The notes: generated by a model not told the origin, from the letters alone. A DNA stretch of 64,000 nt from an uncultured Candidatus Saccharibacteria bacterium (GCA_964551495.1 CAZKCA010000001.1:34384-98383), one strand, 5' to 3'; positions 1 to 10,413 are shown, numbered from the stretch's first letter. Translations and numbers: made by a program.

Positions 1-342
1 ATATTTTTTTGTATAAAAAAAGCTATTAAAAAAGGTTTAGATAATTTAAATCTTGATCCAAAAAATACTCAGATACTCTTAGACGGGGGACTTAAGGCTC
101 CAGATGAATTTATTTTTCAAAAAACAATTATAAAAGGAGATGAAAAAGAAAAAATAATTGCATGGGCTAGTATTTTAGCAAAGGTAGAGAGAGATAAATT
201 TATGATTAAAATTTCCAAAAAATTTCCACATTATTTTTTTGAAATTAATAAAGGTTATGGGACAAAAATACACAGAGAAGCTATATTAAAGCATGGAATG
301 TCTGAGTTACATAGGAAGAGTTTTTGTAGAATATATTTATGA
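1..342 (+). CDS. rnhB: Ribonuclease HII, 3' part (truncated by window edge)
   Basis: Frame 1 read by hand: ILLDG...IIKGDEK..IAWASILAKVERD...NKGYGTK.H...HRKSF; TGA at 340-342. Confidence 0.92.
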   Translation: MFFCIKKAIKKGLDNLNLDPKNTQILLDGGLKAPDEFIFQKTIIKGDEKEKIIAWASILAKVERDKFMIKISKKFPHYFFEINKGYGTKIHREAILKHGMSELHRKSFCRIYL

Positions 343-492
343 TTATGATTGCAAAACACCCTCGGTTTTTGTGAAATAAACCGCTCTTCGCTTGGCTCTC
401 GGCAAACTCGCTTCGCTCAAACAGGGCCTTCGCCTAGCGCTTATAGCTTTTATTTCAAACAAAAACCTGCGAATGTTTTGCAATCATAATCA
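340..492. repeat. Foldback element, family 1, copy A
   Basis: Perfect 19-bp inverted repeat 340-358/474-492; inner stem GGTTTTTG-TGAAATAA / TTATTTCA-AA-CAAAAACC; core AAACTCGCTTCGCTCAAACA at 404-423. Confidence 0.9.
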
Positions 493-573
493 CACTAAGC
501 ATACTTAAGTAAGTATGCGATTGATTTTTTTCAATCTTGTTTTTATTTTTATTTAATGTATACTCTCTATATT

Positions 574-801
574 ATGGTTGTAAGAATGAGACATACCAGG
601 TCACAGAGGGGAAATGTTAGATCACATCATAAACTAACATCTCCAGCTGTTACTTTGGATAAAGATACAAAAGTTCCACATTTAAGACATAGAGCTTCTT
701 TGGTTACTGGTACTTATAGAGGCAGGACTGTTATTGATGTGCAAGCAAAAATTACAAAGAAAGCAAAAAAGGCACAAGCAAATAAGAAAGAGGGTCGTTA
801 G
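574..801 (+). CDS. rpmF: 50S ribosomal protein L32 (no Zn-binding cysteines)
   Basis: MVVRMRHTRS..RSHH.L...HLRHRA...GTYRGR; upstream of nusB and rnc. Confidence 0.85.
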   Translation: MVVRMRHTRSQRGNVRSHHKLTSPAVTLDKDTKVPHLRHRASLVTGTYRGRTVIDVQAKITKKAKKAQANKKEGR

Positions 802-864
802 ACCTTTTTCTTTTTGTTGTTTGTTTTTTTATAAATTTGTATAATGTCTTAGTATTATATAGAA

Positions 865-1752
865 ATGGCACAAAGGCACCTTTCCAGATCAATAGTATTA
901 CAAACCCTATTTGAATGGGATTTTAATAATAAAAACTCCGAAGAAGCTATGGAGATATTTTTCCGCGATGTGGAAGAGTTTGCTCCTGGTGTCGGAGATA
1001 CCTCCTTTATGGAAAATTTAATAAAAGGTGTTCTTGAAAAACAAAAAGATTTAAATTTGATTATAGAAAAAGCTGCTCCTGACTGGCCTATAGATAAAAT
1101 TAGTGTTATAGACAGAAATATACTTCGTATAGGCTTATACGAGCTTTTGTTTGCAGATAGATCAGAGGTTCCTCCAAAAGTTGCTATAAACGAATCAATA
1201 GAGTTGGCCAAAACTTTTGGGGGAGAAACTTCTTCTAAGTTTGTAAATGGAGTTTTGGGTGCTGTTTATAAAGAGCTGGGAGAACCAGGTAAAGAAGAAA
1301 CATCTAAAGATAAAAAAAAGAATAATAACAATAATGTTCCTATTGAATATTTGGTTGGAGCTGTTGTTTATGCCAAAGAAGGTGAAGATATCTATCTTGC
1401 TTTAGTTCATGATGTGTTTGGGCATTGGACTCTTTCTAAAGGTCATATAGAAGGTAAAGATCCAGATAATGAAGTTGTTAAAGTTATAGAAGAGGAGATA
1501 ACTTTACCTATTACAGTAAAAGAAAAGTTAGGTGGAAATGAGTATATAACTCATCATCCAGAAAAAGGAAGAATAAAAAAGAATGTTACTTACTACTTAG
1601 CAGAAGCTCCTTTTGTAGAAATAAAACTAACAAAGAGTGGGGGACTTGATGATGCTAAATGGTTTAAATTGGGAGACATACTAGACTTAAATTTTTATAA
1701 TGATATATTGCCTATTGTTACAAAAGCTATAAATATATTGCTTAAAAAATAG
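865..1752 (+). CDS. nusB: NusB fused to a C-terminal Nudix-like domain
   Basis: RHLSR..LQTLFE, IDRNILR, VAINESIELAKTFG..SSKFVNGVLG; C-terminal GAVV...GHWTLSKGHIE...EEE. Confidence 0.9.
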   Translation: MAQRHLSRSIVLQTLFEWDFNNKNSEEAMEIFFRDVEEFAPGVGDTSFMENLIKGVLEKQKDLNLIIEKAAPDWPIDKISVIDRNILRIGLYELLFADRSEVPPKVAINESIELAKTFGGETSSKFVNGVLGAVYKELGEPGKEETSKDKKKNNNNNVPIEYLVGAVVYAKEGEDIYLALVHDVFGHWTLSKGHIEGKDPDNEVVKVIEEEITLPITVKEKLGGNEYITHHPEKGRIKKNVTYYLAEAPFVEIKLTKSGGLDDAKWFKLGDILDLNFYNDILPIVTKAINILLKK

Positions 1753-1792
1753 GTTGAAAATAATTTGTTTTTATGTTATAATATAGGTTAAT

Positions 1793-2482
1793 ATGGATTT
1801 TTCGGAATTTCAAAAAATAACAGGAATTGTGTTTAAAAATAAAGACCTTTTGACTCAGGCCTTTGTTCATCGTTCTTATATAAATGAAAATAGAAGTTTT
1901 GGGATTACTCACAACGAGAGGTTGGAATTTTTGGGGGATGCTGTTTTGGAGCTTGTTATTACAGATTTTTTGTTTAGAGAATATCCAGAAAAACCAGAAG
2001 GAGAATTGACCGCCTATAGATCTTCTTTGGTCAATGCTACTACTTGTGCAGATATAGCCACTAGACTTGGGATGAATAATTTTCTACTTCTTTCAAAGGG
2101 CGAGAGTAAAGATACTGGTAGAGCAAGACAATATATTTTAGCTAATACTCTGGAAGCTTTTATTGGAGCGATTTATCTTGATCAAGGTTATGAAAAAGCC
2201 AAAGGTTTTATAGAAAAAGAATTTACTCCACTTATTCACGATATTATTTCTGCAAAAAGTTTTATAGATTCAAAAAGTTTGTTTCAAGAAAAAGCTCAAG
2301 AGTTTGAAGGTATCACTCCATCGTATAAAACAATAAAAGAATCAGGTCCAGATCATGAGAAAAAGTTTACAGTTGGTGTTTATATAGGAAAAGATTTGGT
2401 TGCTACTGGTGAAGGAAACTCTAAACAAGACGCTGAACAAGAAGCTGCAAGGAAAGCTTTGGTTGCTAGGGGTTGGGAGTAA
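1793..2482 (+). CDS. rnc: Ribonuclease III
   Basis: NERLEFLGDAVL signature plus dsRBD (GPDHEKKF, SKQDAEQEAA). Confidence 0.97.
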   Translation: MDFSEFQKITGIVFKNKDLLTQAFVHRSYINENRSFGITHNERLEFLGDAVLELVITDFLFREYPEKPEGELTAYRSSLVNATTCADIATRLGMNNFLLLSKGESKDTGRARQYILANTLEAFIGAIYLDQGYEKAKGFIEKEFTPLIHDIISAKSFIDSKSLFQEKAQEFEGITPSYKTIKESGPDHEKKFTVGVYIGKDLVATGEGNSKQDAEQEAARKALVARGWE

Positions 2483-2528
2483 TTTGACTTTTTACAAAAT
2501 TGATTTATTGTTGTTTTGGAGGTCAAAA

Positions 2529-2723
2529 GTGGAAAAAAGACAGGGAACTCGTATTACGGTAGATTTATCGGAAGAAGATTATAATATTCTATCATCTTTT
2601 GGTGGCAAAAAAGCTGAATTGATAAGGAGGTTAATAAGAATTTTTAATTCTTTAAGAAAAGGTGAATACAAGTTAGTATCTTCAGACGGTAAAGAAGTTC
2701 CTGTTAGATTACTTTTTATGTAA
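2529..2723 (+). CDS. Small ribbon-helix-helix (CopG-like) DNA-binding protein, 64 aa
   Basis: GGAGG SD then GTG at 2529; TRITVDLSEEDYNIL...KAELIRRLI fits RHH; hairpin terminator 2722-2748. Confidence 0.65.
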   Translation: MEKRQGTRITVDLSEEDYNILSSFGGKKAELIRRLIRIFNSLRKGEYKLVSSDGKEVPVRLLFM

Positions 2724-2922
2724 AAAAGAGAGCCATGCTCTCTTTTTTGATTTTTCAGAAGAAAAACTAGTCGAAAGACTAGTTTTTTTGTACAATAGTT
2801 AGGTAATATCATGTATTCTGTAGTAGAAAATACAATCAATTGAATTTTATGACCATGTCGAGATTATTAAAAAATAATTTTGTAAATACCTCAAATAGAT
2901 TAAGGGTATTTTTCACTACAGG

Positions 2923-5175
2923 ATGTATCTAAAATCTATTGAACTTTTTGGGTTTAAAAGTTTCGCCAAAAAAAGCGAACTTACTTTTACTTCAAATGTT
3001 TCTGCTATTGTTGGTCCAAATGGTTCTGGAAAATCTAATATTGCCGAGGCTTTTCGTTTTGTTCTTGGAGAGCAATCTATAAAATCAATGCGAGGTAAAA
3101 AAGGAGAAGATCTTATTTTTAATGGCGCAGGAGACTTGCCTAGAGCAAATAGAGCAAGTGTTAAGGTTACTTTTGATAATTCAACTAAATTTTTACCGGT
3201 GGATTTTGAAACAGTGACTTTAGAGAGAATTGTACACAGAGACGGTGTAAATGAGTATCTTATAAACAATTCCCAGGTTAGACTTAAAGATATAATAGAA
3301 CTTTTGAATGCTGCTCATATTGGAGTCTCTAAACATCATATTATTTCTCAAGGTGAGGCAGATAGAATATTAAACGCTACCCCAAAAGAAAGAAAAGCAA
3401 TGATAGAGGATGCTTTGGGATTGAAGGTTTATCAATACAAAAAAGTAGAAAGTCAGAAAAAATTAGAAAAGACAAAAGAAAATATTGCCCAAGTCGAGTC
3501 TCTAAGGAGAGAGATAATGCCTCATATAAAGTTTTTGAAAAAGCAGGTTGAAAAGGTGGAAAAGACTATTCAGATGAAAGAGGAACTTAAAGCAAGAGCT
3601 TTAGAATATTGTAAGCGTGAAGAAGATTATATAAAAAAGGCAGAAGAAGATATTTTAGAAAAAAGAAAACCTTTAGAGGAACAAAAACAAAAACTAGATA
3701 AAGAATTGCAAGAAGCCAGATCTTTTTTGGAAAAATCTTCTCACAGAGATAACATGTCAGATGAGTTAATTTCTGTTGAAAAAAAACTCGGTGAGATACG
3801 TAGACAAAAAGACGATTTACTGAGAGAATCTGGTAAATTGGATGGAGAAATTTCTTCACTTGTTAGAATGATAAAAAAACAAGAAGAAATTGCTAATTCT
3901 TCTATACACAAAACAGTCCCTTTGGTGAGTATTGAAATTTTGAATAAAGAGATAGAACAAAAAATCAATACAGCAAAACAGAGGCAAGATATAAGAGAGA
4001 TGGTTTCTATACTAGATGAGATTAGTCAAGATATAAGAGAATTTATTGATAAAAATAAAGATAAGGTGGACGGTTCTTTGTTGGGAGAAGTTGAAAAAGA
4101 TTTGGAAAATCTTAAAAAATCAAAAGAAGAAATTTCTAAAAAAACAGAAGAAATTTTTAAACAGGAACAGGAAGTATCTAAAGATTATATAGATATTCAA
4201 AATAAGATAAACGCAGAAAAAGATTCAAATAGAGATGCAGAAAAAGCTGTTTTTAGAATTATGGCAGAAGAACAAGAAGTTATTGGCGGATTAAATAGAA
4301 TAAAATCACAAGAGGAAACACTGAGAATAATAAAAGAAGATTTCAAAAGAGAAATAACAGAACTTGCAATGATGCTTGGAAGAGAGGTTTTGAAATATGA
4401 GCATCTAAATTTTGAATATGAAGAAGATAGGAATTTGCAAGAAGAAAGAAGAAAAAATATAGAAAAAATTAAGATTCGTTTAGAAGATTCTGGTGGACTT
4501 GGAGGAGCAGAGGTTTTGAAGGAGTACCAAGAGGCAACAGAGAGAGATCAGTTTCTAGCTAAAGAGCTTTTGGATTTGGAAAATTCTGCCAATTCTATAA
4601 CCGAGCTTATAAAAGATTTGGAGAATAAATTATCAGTTGAGTTTGATCAAGGTATAGAGCAAATAAATAAAGAGTTTAGAAATTATTTTTCTTTAATGTT
4701 TGGAGGGGGAGAAGCTAGACTTTTTGTAATTTCTGCACCAAAGAAAAAATCTTCTAAAAATGAACTCGATGGGCTTTTAGGGGAAGAGACAGAAGACTTG
4801 GTAGAAGAAGAGGAGTCTGATGATGGAATAGACATAGATGTTTCTTTGCCTAGAAAAAAGGTAAGGGGACTTATGATGCTCTCTGGAGGCGAAAGAGCCC
4901 TGACTTCTATTGCATTACTTTTTGCTATTTCTCAAGTAAATCCTCCTCCATTTATTATTTTGGACGAAACTGACGCGGCACTGGATGAAGCAAACTCTAA
5001 AAAGTATGGAGACATGATAGAAAACTTATCGAAGTTTTCTCAGCTTATTGTTATTACTCACAATAGAGAGACAATGTCTCGAGCAGGAATACTTTACGGA
5101 GTAACAATGGGAAGTGGAGGAGGTTCAAAACTACTGTCTGTAGCTTTCGATGAAGCAGTTGCTGTGGCAAAGTAG
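2923..5175 (+). CDS. smc: Short SMC-family ATPase, 750 aa
   Basis: GFKSFA, Walker A GPNGSGKSN, Q-loop ISQGE, signature LSGGE, Walker B/D-loop ILDETDAALD; coiled coil between heads. Confidence 0.9.
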   Translation: MYLKSIELFGFKSFAKKSELTFTSNVSAIVGPNGSGKSNIAEAFRFVLGEQSIKSMRGKKGEDLIFNGAGDLPRANRASVKVTFDNSTKFLPVDFETVTLERIVHRDGVNEYLINNSQVRLKDIIELLNAAHIGVSKHHIISQGEADRILNATPKERKAMIEDALGLKVYQYKKVESQKKLEKTKENIAQVESLRREIMPHIKFLKKQVEKVEKTIQMKEELKARALEYCKREEDYIKKAEEDILEKRKPLEEQKQKLDKELQEARSFLEKSSHRDNMSDELISVEKKLGEIRRQKDDLLRESGKLDGEISSLVRMIKKQEEIANSSIHKTVPLVSIEILNKEIEQKINTAKQRQDIREMVSILDEISQDIREFIDKNKDKVDGSLLGEVEKDLENLKKSKEEISKKTEEIFKQEQEVSKDYIDIQNKINAEKDSNRDAEKAVFRIMAEEQEVIGGLNRIKSQEETLRIIKEDFKREITELAMMLGREVLKYEHLNFEYEEDRNLQEERRKNIEKIKIRLEDSGGLGGAEVLKEYQEATERDQFLAKELLDLENSANSITELIKDLENKLSVEFDQGIEQINKEFRNYFSLMFGGGEARLFVISAPKKKSSKNELDGLLGEETEDLVEEEESDDGIDIDVSLPRKKVRGLMMLSGGERALTSIALLFAISQVNPPPFIILDETDAALDEANSKKYGDMIENLSKFSQLIVITHNRETMSRAGILYGVTMGSGGGSKLLSVAFDEAVAVAK

Positions 5176-5234
5176 TTTTACTTATATATTTGTAAAAAGT
5201 TATAATTATTTTATATAAATTAAAATAATTATTT

Positions 5235-5774
5235 ATGTCAACAATAATTGTAGAAGAGTCTCCGCTTTCAAAATTTTTGTTTTCAAATACAAAAATGGCG
5301 TGGTTTTGGTTTATTGTTCGTTTATATTTAGGGTGGCAGTGGTTAGAGGCTGGATGGAATAAATTTTCTAATCCAGCTTGGACAGGTTCTGAAGCAGGAG
5401 CTGCTGTCTCAGGTTTTGTTAAGGGTGCTCTAACAAAAACAGAAGGACTTCATCCAGATGTCTCAGGGTGGTATGCGTTCTTTCTGGAAAATGTTGTTTT
5501 ACCAAATGCTTCTCTATGGTCTCACATTGTAGTTTATGGAGAAATACTTGTAGGAATAGGCTTAATAGTTGGAGCTTTCACGGGGATTGCTGCTTTCTTT
5601 GGTTTGTTTATGAATCTAAATTATCTTTTAGCAGGAACAGTTTCTACAAATCCAGTTTTGTTTGTTTTAAGTATTGGAATAATACTTGCTTGGAAAATAG
5701 CTGGTTTTTGGGGGTTGGACAGATGGCTTCTGCCTTTACTGGGAACTCCGTGGCAAAGAAAAATTGGAAGTTAG
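5235..5774 (+). CDS. DoxX/DoxD family membrane protein
   Basis: VRLYLGWQWLEAGWNK, GEILVGIGLIVG, MNLNYLLAG.VSTNP. Confidence 0.85.
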   Translation: MSTIIVEESPLSKFLFSNTKMAWFWFIVRLYLGWQWLEAGWNKFSNPAWTGSEAGAAVSGFVKGALTKTEGLHPDVSGWYAFFLENVVLPNASLWSHIVVYGEILVGIGLIVGAFTGIAAFFGLFMNLNYLLAGTVSTNPVLFVLSIGIILAWKIAGFWGLDRWLLPLLGTPWQRKIGS

Positions 5775-5837
5775 AAAAGAAGCCGGCAATAGCCGGTTTT
5801 CTTTTTAATACAAAATTAAATTGTTATAATTGTATTC

Positions 5838-7577
5838 ATGAATAATTTAATAGAAGAGATAAAAAGTTTTTTTAGTGGTGATGTGGAAAGTGCCGAGGAA
5901 GTTTTGGAAAAATATAGTACTGATGCAAGTTTGTTTAAAATACGCCCTCAGATTGTAGTTTTTCCTAAAAACTCAGAAGATATAAAAAAATTGGTTAAAT
6001 GGGTAGGGGAGAAAAAGGGAGAACACCCAGAACTTTCTATAACAGCTCGTGCAGCTGGGACATGTATGGCCGGAGGACCACTAAATACTTCTATTATTTT
6101 AGATACTACTAGGTACATGAATAAAGTTATTTCTGTAGAAAATACAGAAAAAAGACAAATGACTCCTATGTTTCCAAAAAGTGTTTCTGTGGAAGTTTCT
6201 GGAAAAGTGGTTGTAGAGCCAGGATGTTTTTATAGAGATTTTGAGAAAATTGTGGCAGAGAAAAACTTACTTTTACCATCTTTCACTGCTTCAAAGTCTA
6301 TAAATGCTGTTGGTGGAATGGTGGGAAACAATTCTGCTGGAGAACTCACTTTGCGTTATGGAAAAACAGAGGACTATGTCCGCGAACTTTCTGTGGTTTT
6401 TGAAGATGGAGAAGAATATGTAATAAAGCCTCTAAAAAAAGATGAGCTAGAGTCTAAAATGAATCAAGATAATTTTGAAGGAAAATTATATAAAAAGATT
6501 TTTGATTTGATAGAACAAAACAAAGATGAAATAAACTCAGCCAAACCTCAGGTCTCTAAAAATTCTGCTGGTTATACTCTTTGGAATATTTGGAATAACT
6601 CCTTTGGTGAAGAAGTTTTTGATTTGCCAAAACTTGTAGTTGGTTCTCAGGGGACTTTGGGAATTGTCACAAAAATTACTTTTGATTTGGTGGAGATTCC
6701 AAAGGCTTCAAAACTTTTGGTTATCTTTCTAAATAATCTGTCTATTTTAGGAGATTTGGTTTACGAACTTAGAACACTTAATCCACAAAGTATAGAGTCA
6801 TACGATGACAAAACTTTTGGTCTTGCCATGAAGTTTTTTGGCGATTTTCTTAAACAAAAAGGTGTTTGGGGTTCAATAAAATTTGGATTTTCTTTTTTGC
6901 CAGAGTTTTTTATGGCTTTGACAGGTGGAGTTCCAAAACTTATTTTACTTGTTGAATTTTCTGGAAACAATGAAGAAGAGATTCATCAAAGATGCTTGGA
7001 TGCTCAAAATAAAATAGAGCATTTTAAACTAAAAACTAGAGTAACAAAATCTGTTGCTGAGGCCGATAAATATTGGGCAATGAGAAGAGATAGTTTTGCT
7101 CTACTTAGAAAACACGTCAAAGGTAGGAGAACAGCTCCATTTATCGATGATATAGTGGTTAATCCAGAACACTTACCAGAATTTCTACCGAAATTAAATG
7201 ACTTGTTAGACGATTATCCTTATTTGGTATATACCATCGCAGGACACGCTGGAAATGGAAATTTTCACATAATTCCTCTGGTTGATATGAATGATGAAAG
7301 GGTTATTCCTACAGTTCTAGAGCTTTCTGAAAGAGTTTATGATTTAGTTAAAGAATATAAAGGCTCTATAACAGCGGAGCATAATGATGGAATAATTAGG
7401 ACTCCTTACCTAGGAAAGATGTATAACGAAAAAATCCTGTCTTTATTTTCCGAAGTTAAAAATATTTTTGACTCAAAAAATATATTTAATCCGGGTAAAA
7501 AAGTTGGAGCTACAAAAGATGATATAGTTAAAAATATAATTCCTCCAGATCACCCTCACCATCACCACGCATCTTAA
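5838..7577 (+). CDS. FAD-binding oxidoreductase (GlcD/D-lactate dehydrogenase-like)
   Basis: ARAAGT, GGMVGNNSAG, GSQGTLG, GHAGNGNFH, AEHNDG, FNPGK. Confidence 0.88.
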   Translation: MNNLIEEIKSFFSGDVESAEEVLEKYSTDASLFKIRPQIVVFPKNSEDIKKLVKWVGEKKGEHPELSITARAAGTCMAGGPLNTSIILDTTRYMNKVISVENTEKRQMTPMFPKSVSVEVSGKVVVEPGCFYRDFEKIVAEKNLLLPSFTASKSINAVGGMVGNNSAGELTLRYGKTEDYVRELSVVFEDGEEYVIKPLKKDELESKMNQDNFEGKLYKKIFDLIEQNKDEINSAKPQVSKNSAGYTLWNIWNNSFGEEVFDLPKLVVGSQGTLGIVTKITFDLVEIPKASKLLVIFLNNLSILGDLVYELRTLNPQSIESYDDKTFGLAMKFFGDFLKQKGVWGSIKFGFSFLPEFFMALTGGVPKLILLVEFSGNNEEEIHQRCLDAQNKIEHFKLKTRVTKSVAEADKYWAMRRDSFALLRKHVKGRRTAPFIDDIVVNPEHLPEFLPKLNDLLDDYPYLVYTIAGHAGNGNFHIIPLVDMNDERVIPTVLELSERVYDLVKEYKGSITAEHNDGIIRTPYLGKMYNEKILSLFSEVKNIFDSKNIFNPGKKVGATKDDIVKNIIPPDHPHHHHAS

Positions 7578-9496
7578 GCTAAAACGTAATCCAAAACTCT
7601 TCTGTCCATATCTGCAGAAACTACTTTAAATTTTACATCGTCTCCAAGACGGAAAGTTTTTCCGGTTTTTTCTCCTTTTATAGTGTAAGTTTTTTCATTT
7701 AGGGTGTAAAAGTCGTCTCCCAATTCTTTTAATTTGATCATTCCTTCGCACTTTGTTTCTTTTTCTTCTATGTATATACCCCAATCTGTCACTCCTGTAA
7801 TAGTTCCCATAAATTCTTCTCCAATATGGTTTTGCATATATTCAACTTGCTTGTATTTTATACTTGCTCTTTCGGCATCAGCAGCTTTTTTCTCTAAGTC
7901 TGAAGAAGCAAGACAAATTCTTTCAAATTTTTCGTATTCATTTTGTTCTATCTTTCCTCCTTTCAATTCTCTTTCTAAAAATCTATGAACTAAAAGGTCT
8001 GGATATCTTCTAATAGGGGAAGTGAAATGTGTGTAATAAGTAAAGGCTAGTCCAAAGTGTCCTATGTTTTTTGTAGAGTATGTTGCCTTTGCCATACTTC
8101 TGATTGTAGCTGTTTTTATCAGCTCTTCATTTGGTGTACCCTCAACTTCTTTTAGTAGTTTGTTTATGTCTCTTGAAGTTACTTCACCGTCTTTATTTCT
8201 TAGATTAAAACCTAAAGCTTTCAAAAATATTGCCAGCTCTTCTATTCTCTCTTTGTCTGGGACAGCATGGACTCTATAAACAGACTGACTGCCTTTTTTT
8301 GCAACATTTTTGTTTTGAGACATAAATATAAACTCTGCTACAGATCTGTTTGCCAAAAGCATATATTCCTCAACCAACTTATGAGTATCTAGTCTTTCTT
8401 TTCTGTAAACATCTATAGGTTTACCATTTTCATCCAAAACAAATTTAACTTCGTCAGTTTCAAAGTTTATTGCTCCATTTTGAAATTTTTTCTGTTCAAG
8501 ATTCTTAGCTATCCCATTTAATGTAAGTAATTCTTCTCTAAAAGGACCTTCTTGCTCACCATTTATAACTTTTTGAGCTTCTTCGTAAGTAAATCTCTTG
8601 TCACTGTGTATAACAGTTCTACCGAACCATTTATCCAAAACTTCACCTTTTCTGTTTATTTTAAACACAGCGGAAAAAGTGTATTTGTCTTCATTTGGAT
8701 TAAGAGAACAAAGATCATTTGAAAGAATTTCGGGAAGCATTGGTATGGTTCTGTCTACAAGATAGACAGAGAGACCTCTTTTTTCTGCTTCTTTGTCTAG
8801 CTTTGATTCTGGAACAACAAAATGAGAAACATCAGCAATGTGAACACCTATTTCAAAAGTGTCCTCGTTTATTTTTTCTAACGAAATAGCGTCATCAAAA
8901 TCTTTTGCATCAAATGGATCTATGGTCATTGTTGTGACAGGACGCATGTCTCTTCTTTTTGAAACTTCTTCTTCAAAATGATTTTTGTATTCATTTTTAA
9001 GTTTCTCCGCCTCATCTTCTACCTCTTTTGGAAATTCAATATCAAAACCTTTGTCTAAAACAATAGATTGCATTTCTGTATTATTTTCTCCAGCTTTTCC
9101 TATTATTTTTATTATTTTACCAAAAGGACCTTTTTGATCTTCATCTGTCATTTTTACTAGTATTTTGGTTCCATTTTCTATACCTTCTGCTTCTTTTTTA
9201 TCTAGAAATAAATCAACATACATTCTTTTGTCATCGGGTACCATATAGACTTCGCCATTTTTTTCTTGCAATACACCAACAAATTGATTTCTAGATCTTT
9301 TTATAAGTTTTTTAACTTTTCCTTGTTTTTTGCCAAAAAGAGTTTTGCCTGTTAATTCTATTTCAACCTCATCTCCATGGAAGGCTTTATTTAGATATTC
9401 GTTTTGAATCTCTATTCTTTCGTCTGTTTCTGTTATTGTGAAATAGCCAATTCCTTTTGTATTTATGCTTATCGGGCCTATTAAGTCTTTATTCAT
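7574..9496 (-). CDS. rnr: Ribonuclease R
   Basis: TIDPFDAKDFDDA, HFTSPIRRYPDL, C-terminal S1 domain. Confidence 0.95.
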   Translation of the reverse strand: MNKDLIGPISINTKGIGYFTITETDERIEIQNEYLNKAFHGDEVEIELTGKTLFGKKQGKVKKLIKRSRNQFVGVLQEKNGEVYMVPDDKRMYVDLFLDKKEAEGIENGTKILVKMTDEDQKGPFGKIIKIIGKAGENNTEMQSIVLDKGFDIEFPKEVEDEAEKLKNEYKNHFEEEVSKRRDMRPVTTMTIDPFDAKDFDDAISLEKINEDTFEIGVHIADVSHFVVPESKLDKEAEKRGLSVYLVDRTIPMLPEILSNDLCSLNPNEDKYTFSAVFKINRKGEVLDKWFGRTVIHSDKRFTYEEAQKVINGEQEGPFREELLTLNGIAKNLEQKKFQNGAINFETDEVKFVLDENGKPIDVYRKERLDTHKLVEEYMLLANRSVAEFIFMSQNKNVAKKGSQSVYRVHAVPDKERIEELAIFLKALGFNLRNKDGEVTSRDINKLLKEVEGTPNEELIKTATIRSMAKATYSTKNIGHFGLAFTYYTHFTSPIRRYPDLLVHRFLERELKGGKIEQNEYEKFERICLASSDLEKKAADAERASIKYKQVEYMQNHIGEEFMGTITGVTDWGIYIEEKETKCEGMIKLKELGDDFYTLNEKTYTIKGEKTGKTFRLGDDVKFKVVSADMDRRVLDYVLA

Positions 9497-9561
9497 ACCG
9501 GCTATTTTAACAGAAAATCAAAACATTGACCAATTTAGCTTATTTTGTTAATATACTGCGT

Positions 9562-9990
9562 ATGTTAAAAATCAGATTACAAAGATTTGGTAGAAAGCAC
9601 GAACCTGTTTTTCGTGTTGTTTTGACTGATTCTAAAAACTCAACAAAGAGTGGAAAGTTTCTAGAAACATTAGGAAATTATGATGCCAGAAGAGGTGAGC
9701 AGTCTGTAGTGAATTCAGACAGGATAAATTATTGGGTATCTAAAGGGGCCCAACTTTCTGATACAGTTCACAACCTTTTAATTACAAAGAAAGTTATAGA
9801 AGGTAAGAAAATCAATACTCTTCCTAAAAAAAGCCCCATTGTTAAAGAAGGGGAAGCTACTGCTAAGGTAGAAAAAGAAACTTCTCTTCCTGTAGAAGAA
9901 ACAACTCCTGTAGAGGCAGAAGCAGAAGTTTCTGTAGAAGTTGCAGAAGAAGTTAAAGCAGAGCCTGTGGCAGAAGAAACTACTGCTTAA
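9562..9990 (+). CDS. rpsP: 30S ribosomal protein S16 with acidic C-terminal tail
   Basis: MLKIRLQRFGRK..P.FRVV; start moved to ATG 9562 behind TTGACC-17-TAATAT promoter. Confidence 0.95.
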   Translation: MLKIRLQRFGRKHEPVFRVVLTDSKNSTKSGKFLETLGNYDARRGEQSVVNSDRINYWVSKGAQLSDTVHNLLITKKVIEGKKINTLPKKSPIVKEGEATAKVEKETSLPVEETTPVEAEAEVSVEVAEEVKAEPVAEETTA

Positions 9991-10062
9991 AAGTTTATTG
10001 ACCTCACTATTGTATTTGTATTAAAATAATACTGTCAGTTTTATCATTTAACGATTGAATTC

Positions 10063-10380
10063 ATGGAACAAGACGCAAAATTTTTAGATTTTATTATAAA
10101 AGAGTTAGTAGATCATCCTGAAGATGTAAAAATCACCAGAACTGTGGATGAAATGGGTGTTTTGATGACTCTAGACGTCAACAGGGCTGATATGGGTAAA
10201 ATAATCGGTAGAGAAGGAAATACAGCCAAGGCCATAAGAACACTTCTACGTGTTGTTGGTATGAAAAATAATGCAAGAGTCAATCTTAAGATTAACGAAC
10301 CTGCTGGAGAAGAAGGAGGTTCAAAAGGATACTCTGCTTCTAAGACTGTTGATGAGGCAATGGCAGATCTTAAACTATAA
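10063..10380 (+). CDS. khpA: KH-domain RNA-binding protein KhpA
   Basis: LVDHPEDV, DMGKIIGREG.TAKAIRTLL; follows rpsP. Confidence 0.9.
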   Translation: MEQDAKFLDFIIKELVDHPEDVKITRTVDEMGVLMTLDVNRADMGKIIGREGNTAKAIRTLLRVVGMKNNARVNLKINEPAGEEGGSKGYSASKTVDEAMADLKL

Positions 10381-10413
10381 TCTCAAATTTATAGAAATAT
10401 TCTGTTAGATTTA

